Position numbers and translations under genes: made by a program. A stretch of DNA of 64,000 nucleotides from Laetmonice hystrix (Eukaryota), in contig OZ249436.1 of NCBI GenBank assembly GCA_965235115.1, positions 52,454,001-52,518,000 of the forward strand. Reading direction: 5' to 3'. Positions within the stretch are counted from its first letter, which is position 1, and each line of letters begins with the position of its first letter. Positions 24,354-49,705 of this stretch are shown here, piece after piece. Under the pieces are notes generated by a model that searched no databases, was not told the DNA's origin, and worked only from the letters and a program-made list of their open reading frames with translations.

Positions 24354-25288
24354 TTATTAACCGCATAGAGATGCACAATCGTCTACCCTCACGAACTGTG
24401 TGCAGAGACTGGCACTGGTATCGACAAACTGGATCGGGAATCTTTGCCGACAGGTGTCGCCATCAGTCTATACCATGCCCTCATGCTTCAGTACAGGCGA
24501 AATATCAGTCCTGGTTACAGTGGGCCCAGTGGGCCCAGCAGGAGTGGGTCAACCAGCAACCATACCACACTGTACCACTATAACTCCATCTATGGGCGTA
24601 GTTTCCCCAGTCATTTTATACCAGACCACAAACACCTATATACTTGTTTCCTTCCTACTCGCCGTATTATCTCCATCAAAAGTGATCATCAAAACTGACT
24701 AGATATTACAGGTTGGCCTTCTCGTGCAAAGAACATCTGTTGTGACCAAACGCACGGAGTGGAACACTTCTCTGGCAGCTTTACTACTCGATTCCGGAAT
24801 GATTAACTACGCATATTGTACGAAAAAATATGCCTCACACGGCAAAATATACAAAGTGCCATTTCCAGATCCACTGCCAAAATCTCATTACTTTCGGGGT
24901 TCTAATATTACATTCTACCTGATTGGGGAAAATCCGAAAAAATAACCCTAACCATAACTCTTGCAGTAATCCTGCCCTGGGGCGCCAGTCGCATATAAGA
25001 AATGTGTTTCTCTCTATTCTTCAAAGAATATGACTACACAGAAACGGAGCAAATGCATATCGGATACATGTTCGGATCGTCTATCATCACAGTCACCACA
25101 GAACGGGCGTGCCGCCATTTTTACCACTGCATAGGTCATTCTACCTACGCTATACCTGCATGACGTCAGATCCTCACCACTGTAAATACTCGCGGGAATT
25201 GTTCCCATAGGGAATCGTAAGGGAATTGGGAGTTCGTCCGAAGTTTAAACGATATGTGCGCTCATTATCCTCCTCCACCAGAACAGGG

Positions 25289-39740
<14,452 letters not shown>

Positions 39741-39974
39741 CTACAGCCAGCCGGAGCGGGTGGAGCTCCCGGAGAAAGGAGCGCACGCTGGTCCGGATTA
39801 ATGGCACATGAAGAGGAGCTCACCTGATGAACGAAACAAAGCACCAGATAAAATTGTTATGTAAGGCTGGTTTATAGGAATACAGTTACAAAGCTAGGTT
39901 AGTAAGAAGGTATCCAACAAGGACACGCCTTGAATATACAACAATGTACTTGGACTGACAGTCAGAATTAAGTA

Positions 39975-40060
39975 AGAGAGAGAGGAAAGAGAGAGAGAGA
40001 CAGACAGAGAGACAGAGAGAGAAAGAGAGAGAGAGAGAGAGACAAAGAGACAGAGAGAGA
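39975..40060. repeat. (GA)n-rich microsatellite
   Basis: Directly visible. Confidence 0.9.
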
Positions 40061-41040
40061 TTAGTTTGAGAGTATAGGATGTAGATAATGCAAGAGAGAT
40101 CTGGGAGGAGGAAGTAGATATACGGACATAAAAGTATCTACTGTCTCCACGGTTCTTATCGTAGACGGCCGCTTGATTGAACTTTCAAGTTTGGAGTCCC
40201 AGCTGGATTGGATGCCATAGTTCCGATTCCCGGACAGATAACCCCCAGCTGTCACTGACGAGCGTCTGTGCAATATCTGCCTCTGATCCTACCAAGATAA
40301 GTGATTAGGCCTATAGATGCCATATTGTGTTAAAACTACCTGCCGTGGCGAACGGATATAGGCCTGTATCTCGTTGGATTAGTATATTCGGCAGCTCGTC
40401 CACATTCTGTTATTCATATATCAAATAAAGTATACATGTTTTTGTACACTCAGAAAAATGAACCAGAAATGAACTTTTTATTATATTCAGCAAATCCGCA
40501 AATGGTAGACGAAGGTTTAATGCTTTTATTAAAAGAAACGTCCACCGCCAGTGTGTACAGGCAAGGCACACAGGCCGTGATCTTCTAAGCAATTTAAAAA
40601 AGATTTGAACACAATTGGTGCTCAAATAGTTAAGATAGCACTTTAGTCCCGGAGCCTGCTTAGGACCTGCTCCGCTGGTCATGGCAGCCATAGCTGTCTG
40701 CTCCTTGGGCTAATCTCACATTGCGCATGCTCCAACCATGCACTGCTCTCCAGTTTGGGAGGAACGAAAAACTGACGCACCTGTTGCGTTGAGCGAACGT
40801 TGACAGCTTATTTATATAAGCAAAATCTGTTAGAACATAGACGAAAACCATCGATCATAGTGATGAGGAATGGCTAGGAATTAAGCCTACCGATGTCAGG
40901 GGATATATCAGGGTGGACACGGATCTGGGCAAGCTCCAGCCGTGGGTTTCGGCCGCCGGCACTCAATTCGTCCCGCTCGGAGGTGATGTTGACGGGGCCC
41001 GCATGCAGGGCCACTGGGCCGGGCCCTGACCGTGGCTTCG

Positions 41041-41080
41041 CTGGCTGTTGCAAGGCGTAAAACCCCAAATACCCACCCAC
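41041..41080 (+). mobile_element. 5'-truncated SINE/LINE 3' end (40 bp) with 11-bp TSD
   Basis: CCGTGGCTTCG at 41030-41040 and 41081-41091; 38 bp identical to 58337-58374; ends in (ACCC)n; absent from the homologous copy at 18 kb. Confidence 0.7.
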
Positions 41081-41209
41081 CCGTGGCTTCGACCGCGGGC
41101 GGGTGCTGGCAGTGTCAGGCTCCTGTGCTGTGGTCAGTTCAGCACAGACCTGTTTTAGTTGTGACTGTGACTGTGACTGTTGATTTTGCCGACCCGCCTC
41201 GGCTGCCTT

Positions 41210-41429
41210 TGTTGAGGTTGAAGAACTCATTTTGATGGTGGATTGAGGTGGATTGTGAACAAGCAAAACAGAACAACGATCCTTCGTCCTTTCTTGAAAC
41301 CGGAAAACGCACACACAGCTTTCCCTTTTTTATTTTCCTTGTTACAGGAGATTTCCGATATTGAGTTGATCAGCCGTAAGGTGGCAGCACATATGCATAT
41401 ACAAAAACTTCAGTTTACCTAAGCCAACA
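41210..41429 (-). repeat. 3' LTR of the copia element
   Basis: 220-bp direct repeat of 45399-45618; carries AATAAA on the minus strand. Confidence 0.97.
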
Positions 41430-41456
41430 CCCCCACTTAAACTTAAGTTTCATAAG

Positions 41457-44400
41457 TTATGTGCCTCCTAGGTTTACAAATTTGGTCAATTTTACTTTGG
41501 TTACAGGTTTTGTGAATACGTCTGCTACGTTATCCTCGGATTGTATGTATTTCAGTGTTATTGTTTCTCTCTGAACTTCTAGTCTCACAAAGTGGTATCT
41601 GATGTCAATATGTTTTGACCTTTGATGTTGCACTGGGTTTTTGGCCAAAGCTATGGCACTCTGATTGTCTACGTACAATAATACACTTTGTTTCTCCTCA
41701 GGACCTTTCATGTCTTTGAGAAGCTGGCTAAGAAACTTTGCCTCTTGAGTGGCAGCTGCTAGAGCCATGTACTCAGCCTCACATGTAGATAACGCTACAG
41801 TTTGTTGCTTTCTACTCTTCCAAGAAATCAATGGTCCGTTCTCGGATAACTGAAAACCATATCCAGTTATACTACGCCTATCCTCTGACGCACCCCAGTC
41901 AGCATCGCAGAATCCACTTAGTTTCAACGGAACATCTGATTTTCGGAACTTTAACCTGTAATCTAGCGTGCCCTTTAGATAACGTAAGACATGTTTGCCC
42001 ATGTTGAGATGAGCTTTTGTTGGGTTTGCCATATGTTGTGATAGCTTTGTCACAATATAACATAAATCTGGTCTGGTCCCTGTCATACAATAAATGAGAC
42101 TACCAACGATCTCTCTGTAGAGTCGGGCATCAGCTAACTCTGTAGAATCCTCATCTCTGACGTTCCCTGAACCTGGTTCACATGGGGTTGCTCTAGGCTT
42201 GCAATCCTCCATTTTGAATTTGCATAGCACCTTCTCTAGATACTTCTTTTGATTCATTTCAATAGAGTCATTTCCACATTTAAACTCTATACCTAGATAC
42301 CATGATAACTTTCCTAGGTCTTTCATCCTGAATCTACGACATAGGGCATCCTTCACACTGTATAATGTGTACTCGTCGCTGGCTGCAATAATTATGTCAT
42401 CAACCCAAATAACTATAGTAGCCCTAGAGTCCTCACTAAATCTGTGATATACACACAAATCTGTTTGTGATTGCTGAAACCCTTGCTCAAGTAAATATGC
42501 ATGTAACATGTTGTTCCAGTTGCGTCCACTTTGTTTTAAACCATACAGGGATTTCTTCAATTTGTACACAAGCTTTTCACCACTTTCACTACGTACTTTG
42601 TAGCCTTCTGGTTGTTCCATGTAAATCTCACAATCTATTGGGGCATTCAAATAAGCCGCTTTCACATCCATCTGATGTATCAGTAAGTTGTCTTGTACTG
42701 CCAATTGCACCAGCATACGTACTGAAGTAACACGTGCTGTAGGTGAGAATGTTTCCTGATAATCTATATTTTGAACCTGTGAGTAACCTTTTGCTACAAA
42801 TCGGGCTTTGTGCTGTTCCTCCCCGTCTGGACCAAGTTTAACAGCGTATACCCATCTTCCCCCCACTACAGTTCTACCTTCTGGTAATGAGGTAAGTTCG
42901 AATGTGTCATTTTCTTTTAGTGCATTAACTTCATCATCCATGGCTTTTTGCCATTCCCATGACTCTGGAGACGAAACTGCTTCTTGATACGACCCTGGTA
43001 TATTTGCCACTCGATAACAATAGTCAACTGTAGAGTTCGAACCATTCTCTAAACCTGTGACATAGTCTTCTAAATATTTTGGCCTGTGACGCTCCCTCCT
43101 GGGATACCTACCAGTGTCATCGTCCCCCTCTTTATTTACATTCCCGTCTACCTCTACATTTTCATTTGTATCAGTGACTGGCTCATTTTCGACTGGTTCT
43201 GACACTCGCGTTTCCACGTACTCGTACACTGGTTCTGGGTTTTCTTTAACGTCATTAAAACTGTCAGTGAATTTCACACATCTCACTCTTCTAACCTCAT
43301 TTCTTTCTTGGAAATACACAAGATAGGCTGGGCTGCCTCTATCATAGCCTACAAATATGCCTCTTTCACTCCGTGCATCAAGTTTCTTTTTGTTTTGCAC
43401 ATAGGCATAACATACTGTACCAAATATATGCATACTGCTCAGATCGGGTTTTTGACCTGTGAATGCTTCCAATGGGGTCTTCCCAATCCTAGGGTTATAA
43501 CACCTATTTCGAATATAGGCTGAAGTCATCACAGCATACGTCCATAGTCTTTTTGGTAGTTTTGCTTCTAGCAGCAGGCATCTACTCATATCAAACAAAG
43601 ACCTCCATGCTCGTTCAACTGTGCCGTTTTGGTGTGGTGAATATGGGGCTGTTTTCTCATGTTTGATACAGTTTTTGACTAAGAGAGACTCAAAACATTC
43701 ACTTGTAAATTCACCGCCATTGTCTGACCTTATGCACTTGAGTGTACCATATGGGGCACAATCCGCAATGAACTTTTCTGTAGCTTTTACAGTATCTGAT
43801 TTGTTTTTGAGGAAATACACCATGTTGACACCCGAGTAGTCGTCTACAAATGACAATGCATATCTGAACCCATCTTTAGCTACTGGATCCACTGGACCTG
43901 CTAAATCACAATATACTAGTTGCAATGGGACAGTGGCTCTTCTATCTGGCTCTCTATTCCTGTACTGGGGCATTTTACCAGTGACACATGTCTCACATTT
44001 AAAATTGCTTCTATTGCTTAGCTTCATGCCATCTACCACCGGTTCAAGTTTTAACACATCTCTTACGTTACAATGACCAAGAATTTTGTGCCATCCTTCC
44101 ACAGTGTGGGAACTCTCCCTGCCTATTACAGTGTTGTTTAAGAAATACAGTCGGCCACGTTTTTCTATACCAAATATGGTACCATCTGGGGCTTTCAGTT
44201 CCGCAAAATCTGGGGTAAAGTTAACCCTTGCCCCTTTTCCTGTTGCCGCTTGGACTGAGAATATATTCTGTTTGTAGGACGGAACATACAGTGCATTTTC
44301 TAGAACCGCTTTGTGTGGGTTGCCATTCACATCATAGAGTAGGACACTTGCTTTTCCTCGGCCTGATGCTACACCATTTGTTCTAGTACCATTTGCTAAC

Positions 44401-45419
44401 TCTATGTAGTGACTCTCTGGATCGAATGTTTCATCAAATTCTTCGAACTTTGACCTGTCATTAATAATATGAGCGGTCGCCCCACAATCTACCAACAAAC
44501 TGTACGAGTTGTCCTCACTGGGTTTACACACATCTACATGGTCTACACTTGCTTTAAATGCAAAAGAATGTGGCTGACTGTTTCCATATTTTTCTGTACC
44601 CCTATCATTGTTTACACTTGCATACTTAGCGGAATCCTTCTTCCGACAGAATTTTGTATCATGTGTATTTGACTTACAATTATCACACCACCTTCCTCTC
44701 CTCCTTTTGTCTTTACTCTTACACTCATAGACCTTATGACCTGGTTTCCCGCATGCATAACATGTAATTTCATTTCCAGTTCTTGTGTCATATTGCTTAG
44801 CTTTCATAACGCTATCTTGAGCTGGCGCTCCTGCTCCCGATGACTGTTGGCATTTTTCAGTTTCTTCAAAGTTCCTTAGTGCTACCTTGAAATCAGTAAA
44901 GTCCATCTTCTGTTGACCTTGGTTTACAACGGTTGAAAACGTCTTGAATTCAGTCGGTAGTCCTTTCAACACCATCGCAATAAGGAGACTGTCGCTAACG
45001 GTCTCGCCTGCATCCTTCAATGACGTCGCCGCAGTCTCAGCTCGGATCACATAGTCCGTCACACATTCATCGGTTCCCTTCTTGAGTGACGTCAACTCTG
45101 TATATAATGCGATGATTCTTGGTTTACCTCGTCCTTGGTAATGATCCCTCAAGATTTTCAGGGCCTTTCTTCCATCATTCTTTGCATCTCGGATTATCAT
45201 AGACAAACTTCTGTCGTCTAGGTACTGTACAAGTTCGGCAAAGGCATCTGCATTCTTCGCCTCATCGGGAGGATCGTCTCCCGGCTTGATAACATCATCA
45301 AGTTTTTGCAGCCTCATATGTCCGAGGAATTTCACCTCCCACAACTCATATTTGCTTTCATCACCATCAAAGAGCAAGCGGTGTCTGGGCCCATAACCTG
45401 TTGAGGTTGAAGAACTCAT
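41457..45419 (-). CDS. Copia gag-pol polyprotein, 1320 aa from the ATG at 45419
   Basis: Uninterrupted ORF: two CX2CX4HX4C knuckles (CYACGKPGHKVYEC, CDNCKSNTHDTKFC), protease LVDCGATAH, integrase HHCC (WHKILGH...CETC) and DDE (CDL, SDNGGEF, VER), RT (AKGYSQ, QMDVKAAYLN, LYGLKQS, WVDD), RNase H (CDADW, EAEY, VDNQSA, ADVFTK). Confidence 0.97.
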   Translation of the reverse strand: MSSSTSTGYGPRHRLLFDGDESKYELWEVKFLGHMRLQKLDDVIKPGDDPPDEAKNADAFAELVQYLDDRSLSMIIRDAKNDGRKALKILRDHYQGRGKPRIIALYTELTSLKKGTDECVTDYVIRAETAATSLKDAGETVSDSLLIAMVLKGLPTEFKTFSTVVNQGQQKMDFTDFKVALRNFEETEKCQQSSGAGAPAQDSVMKAKQYDTRTGNEITCYACGKPGHKVYECKSKDKRRRGRWCDNCKSNTHDTKFCRKKDSAKYASVNNDRGTEKYGNSQPHSFAFKASVDHVDVCKPSEDNSYSLLVDCGATAHIINDRSKFEEFDETFDPESHYIELANGTRTNGVASGRGKASVLLYDVNGNPHKAVLENALYVPSYKQNIFSVQAATGKGARVNFTPDFAELKAPDGTIFGIEKRGRLYFLNNTVIGRESSHTVEGWHKILGHCNVRDVLKLEPVVDGMKLSNRSNFKCETCVTGKMPQYRNREPDRRATVPLQLVYCDLAGPVDPVAKDGFRYALSFVDDYSGVNMVYFLKNKSDTVKATEKFIADCAPYGTLKCIRSDNGGEFTSECFESLLVKNCIKHEKTAPYSPHQNGTVERAWRSLFDMSRCLLLEAKLPKRLWTYAVMTSAYIRNRCYNPRIGKTPLEAFTGQKPDLSSMHIFGTVCYAYVQNKKKLDARSERGIFVGYDRGSPAYLVYFQERNEVRRVRCVKFTDSFNDVKENPEPVYEYVETRVSEPVENEPVTDTNENVEVDGNVNKEGDDDTGRYPRRERHRPKYLEDYVTGLENGSNSTVDYCYRVANIPGSYQEAVSSPESWEWQKAMDDEVNALKENDTFELTSLPEGRTVVGGRWVYAVKLGPDGEEQHKARFVAKGYSQVQNIDYQETFSPTARVTSVRMLVQLAVQDNLLIHQMDVKAAYLNAPIDCEIYMEQPEGYKVRSESGEKLVYKLKKSLYGLKQSGRNWNNMLHAYLLEQGFQQSQTDLCVYHRFSEDSRATIVIWVDDIIIAASDEYTLYSVKDALCRRFRMKDLGKLSWYLGIEFKCGNDSIEMNQKKYLEKVLCKFKMEDCKPRATPCEPGSGNVRDEDSTELADARLYREIVGSLIYCMTGTRPDLCYIVTKLSQHMANPTKAHLNMGKHVLRYLKGTLDYRLKFRKSDVPLKLSGFCDADWGASEDRRSITGYGFQLSENGPLISWKSRKQQTVALSTCEAEYMALAAATQEAKFLSQLLKDMKGPEEKQSVLLYVDNQSAIALAKNPVQHQRSKHIDIRYHFVRLEVQRETITLKYIQSEDNVADVFTKPVTKVKLTKFVNLGGT

Positions 45420-45618
45420 TTTGATGGTGGATTGAGGTGGATTGTGAACAAGCAAAACAGAACAACGATCCTTCGTCCTTTCTTGAAACCGGAAAACGCA
45501 CACACAGCTTTCCCTTTTTTATTTTCCTTGTTACAGGAGATTTCCGATATTGAGTTGATCAGCCGTAAGGTGGCAGCACATATGCATATACAAAAACTTC
45601 AGTTTACCTAAGCCAACA
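45399..45618 (-). repeat. 5' LTR of the copia element
   Basis: Immediately followed on the minus strand by the PBS; contains the gag ATG. Confidence 0.97.
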
Positions 45619-46424
45619 GCCTTTACTTTAGTCTAGTCTAGCCTAGCCCCGGCATGCAATAGATTAGCCCTGGAGCGTCACTTCCGGCCAGCCCAATAGC
45701 AACAAATAGCTGCGCCGCTGAAGCCAGTGATTTTGACACGGTTGTCATGTTCAACATATGACTTCTTGGAATGGGGGGGGGGGGGCATTTATTTCCAACC
45801 ACTACTCTAAAAGGTGAGTGTATATAGAGGCCTTGCAGCTGTCCAAATGTGATTTTTAACTGGACTTCTCCTTTAACATCATGATCATGTACAGGATGTC
45901 ACGCATGTGTGAACAGGGGCTAGTCTCATAAACCTGGTAAAAATTTACTTGCGCACAAAAATGTTTTTCTTTATACAGCATACATCTTCGGCAACACGCC
46001 CCCTGTCACTAGAGTTTTCCTTTTCAAAGGAATTGGTAGTAAGCACAGCACATGTTAAGTTTGCATCTCATGATCTCTGATCCCGTTCTAAACCTTGCAG
46101 TTTACAAAACTGACTCCTGTTCCCACAGGCGTGACATAAGCTGAAAATGAACACGGTGTTAATAAAAGCGTGAAATCCAATATGGACGGATTTGCTGAAA
46201 ATGAGGAAAGGTTCATTTCTGGTTCATATTTCTGAGTATATATACTTTTTTGATACATCCTGTATGTAATCGAATAGAAAATTTTATTTGATTCCAGTCA
46301 GGTTAAAAAATCAATTTCCAGAATATTTCGGCTGTCCATTCCGAACGTTTTGGTAGTACGCATATCAGTTGGATCCATGCAAGATAAATATGGTGAGCAC
46401 TGGGCCCCACAATTCGGGCCTTAA

Positions 46425-46953
46425 AGGGGCATGCTATGAAACACGTTTTTGGGGATTTCCGGCAATTATCCAACATGACTGTGTACTAGGGATCTAAGTA
46501 AATAATCCTACCACAGCATTTTGTCCTCCGACGTGTTTTCGCTGCGTATCCAGCACAAGTAGATTCTATACGACCAAACCTATAGACTTCTCCCGATAGC
46601 ACATCTCCCGCCATAATTTGCCATAGACAACCTCCCATCAGCCCATGTAATTGCATACTGTGTCACATCCTGCGTGTGCACTCTCTGCAAGTGCTTAGTC
46701 ACGTGCTTCGCTTAGTTGTAAACAATTCAGCAGTTGCACTCGATCGTCCGGCATCAGAATGCCACCCAAAAATATTTTACGAAATCGGCAGAAAAGCGGG
46801 CAAGGGAGCTTCATAAACTTCGATTTCTCACACAAAATGAAACTGATAAGTCTGTCTTTGTTTACCAAGCAATATTAATGAAGGATCTCTTTATGAAAAC
46901 AGCAACAGTTCTTTGAAATACCGATTTTTCACGTTTCCTCATAATATGCCCCT
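46425..46953. mobile_element. Kolobok-like MITE
   Basis: TTAA|AGGGGCATGCTATGA ... TCATAATATGCCCCT|TTAA. Confidence 0.75.
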
Positions 46954-48523
46954 TTAAATGTGCAGTGAATTCTGATGTCCTCAATGCGCCTAATTTCCTT
47001 AAGACAATTGCGAGGTGGGAAAGGGCGCTTATTCTACCCTGCGCCTGTAGATTAGCATAGGCGCACTGCATCCAGGGGCCAGAAACCTGGCCGGCATGGC
47101 CATTGACCTTCTTCCCGGGCCCTCAAGGCACCTGCATGGTGAGAAATAGGCCCAATCACCACAAGACAGAATAAGTTACACAGACATGTAGTCACACCTC
47201 GACGTTGACCTCATATTCCCGGAAGAAGTAAAATCTCACATCACTCATTCACTTTTCCACTCTGTTTCTGCCTTCTTGGCGAAGGCTTGGGGCAGCAATC
47301 TTCCGAGCGCAAATCACTTAAAATTGGTCTTACCCTGCCACTGGGAATAATAGCAATCAAGACACATTGAATTAACTAAAGGCATTTGCAACACACGGCA
47401 CGCTTATACGAATAATGGCGCTGAACAAGAAGGCAAGGACTCCTTAGAGAATGAGAAGACACACGAGACATAATCTTTAATGAACTTTAAAAAATTAAAA
47501 TTTAAAATGAGTCTTTGAGGTATATGTTTGCTGGCGTTCAACCTAGAAAACAGGTCTGTCATGTCTGCCACGGCCAGTGTGTTTAGTAAACCGGTCCAGG
47601 ATAAGACTGCATTGATCCGAGTCGCCGTATGAAAGCCGTTCGTTTTTTTTTTCTTTTCAACACGGCCCAGTGAGATACGCTGTTGCTAGGAGTCGGACGG
47701 GCTCATAACCTTTCACTGGTGTTGTTCCACGGTGGGCGCGGAAGTCTGGAGATGGTGTTCCTGCCTTTAGCGGTAGTCATAGGAACAATGAACAAGGGGT
47801 GTTTCGGTTGAGGCTATTCGGAGGAGTCTACTCTACGTATAATCTACAGGTTCTCAATAAAGAGCTCATGGTCGAAGGTTTTATATTCTCCAGCTCGTTA
47901 TCAACTCTAGATTTTTAAGCGATATCTATTTTCGTTAAAAAATCGTTTCTGAGAAAAAAAATTGTGGTGATCACGAAATTACCACTTAGTGACGTCATTA
48001 ACTCGTAATAACGAGTTAATGACGTCACCAAGTGGTTAATGACGTCATTAAGTGGTAATTTCGAGATCACCACAAAATTGTTTCTCTTCATGTCCCCAAC
48101 AGGGCTCCGTAGTACCGCCATTTTCTTCGTAATGTTTCTTCTTGTAGCTCTGTGCTGACCAGGTGCCCCCTGAAGTCGAATTTGACCCACCCTTTGGAAA
48201 TTCTGAGGACGCCTATGAATCACTACACAATGTTAAAATATGTGCACTAAAGCCTTGTCGTATGTGACATAATGTGACGGCAGAAGTAGCGCAACAGGAA
48301 GAGTCATTGAGACTTTGGTGAAGATGGGGCAAAGACCTGGGCCCCGTTTCTCAGTCACATGATTTGAGATGCTCAAATAGTCACCGTCCTTGCATAACTG
48401 TCTTTTTGTGTGTTGTGTTTTGCAGACAGACAGACAGACAGACAGACAGACTATTCACTCAAGGCAAGGGTCTTCGCCAACGACTGCAGTGGGGCCTGTC
48501 TCACTAAAGGCTGGTTAATAACC

Positions 48524-48614
48524 AGATCGTTAAGTTAACATAGGAGTGAATGGAAGGCTGCTGGTTACTGTAACCATCAGCCTTCCATTCACTCCTACGT
48601 TAACTTAACGATCT
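48524..48614. repeat. Near-perfect palindrome (45-bp arms, 1-nt spacer)
   Basis: AGATCGTTAAGTTAACATAGGAGTGAATGGAAGGCTGCTGGTTAC-T-GTAACCATCAGCCTTCCATTCACTCCTACGTTAACTTAACGATCT, 2 mismatches. Confidence 0.9.
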
Positions 48615-49705
48615 TTTACAGTTCATCATCGATGCATTGGTTCCGTTTGGGGTGGAGTTCACCAACTGATTGTCTCGGCACCTCTGAGTGATCGTTTAAC
48701 CAAGTGTTACGTGCAGACGGAGACCATTCGGAAAGACCCGTACCAGTGCTTTCTTTTTGCTTCAATTAATAGCGTAACCATGACGAAAATAGAATAATAA
48801 TACAAGGTCACAATGTATTAAAGAAATCAGGACAAGACAACATTGCACATTTCTTTTAATCTGACCTGTTATATAGAGAAGCAAGTCAGTATCATAAAGT
48901 ACATAGGCCTATAATAATTTAAGTTCGTTACTTACCTTATACTATTACTAGCATAGTTCCGATTCGTTATTCCGCTGAAAGGTCTGCTGAAAACAGTTAC
49001 CATGGGTCTATACGATTGGTTTTACTCATTTCGTCTTCTTCATGCAGAGTTCGTCCACTTAGCGCAATTTATAACATTCGGTGGATTGGCAGGAAGAGAT
49101 AATATCTAAAACTAACTGAATAATGGTGGGATGGGACCACAGGTTGAACTTGTCAGTAAACCATCCATATAAGGCCGTTGTCTCATGTCCTTCAAAATAC
49201 CGCGTTCACTTCTCATGGTGAAATTGACCGTAATATATAGTTCCTCCTCTCTCGTTCAGGTAAACAGTGGCCCTCATGTTATTGCGAGCTGGGTGCTCTC
49301 ATGGAGGATTACGACCACCTCCACCCGACTCCCAACTCCGAGTAAGTCCTTTTGTCTGCGCGACTCCTGGCGGGGGCGGCCGGCGTGAGCGCGTGATGTT
49401 GCGCCGCCAGCGAATGTAGCCGAGCTACTGGAGCAAACGGTCGATATCGTCTGCACAAAGATGCGCGGCTTCAAGCGCTGACCACAGGCGGCGCTGTTCG
49501 CATGGAGCACACAGCAGCAACCCTCTGCAGGCTCAGCAATAAAGCAACTAAGACTACATGTTGTATGCCCTTTGAAACGAGCACGTTCAGTGCCACATTA
49601 TGCCAATGGCATGTTAATAAATGTGTAAACAACTGAATAAAAAAAGTCAAAAATTATTGGAATGTCTTTACTGTCATGCGAGACCCACAGCCGTAAACTA
49701 CAACC

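Larger units (their letters stand above)
41210..45618 (-). mobile_element. Full-length Ty1/copia LTR retrotransposon (4409 bp)
   Basis: LTRs 45399-45618 (5') and 41210-41429 (3'), 220 bp each, TGTTG...CAACA, no difference seen; 5-bp TSD GCCTT (41205-41209, 45619-45623); PBS GGTTATGGGCCCAG (45398-45385); PPT ending AAGTGGGGG next to the 3' LTR; domain order gag-PR-IN-RT-RH. Confidence 0.98.
40533..45872 (-). mobile_element. Kolobok-like non-autonomous DNA transposon, copy 2, interrupted by the copia element and a 40-bp retroposed insert
   Basis: TTAA at 40529-40532 and 45873-45876; TIR AAGAAACGTCCA vs AGGAGAAGTCCA (9/12); both halves are homologous to 17913-18778. Confidence 0.75.

Noticed and set aside
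45420..45503. N-terminal extension of the 1348-aa ORF-track call
   Set aside because: It begins at a non-ATG codon inside the LTR; the first ATG at 45419 is the more plausible eukaryotic start.
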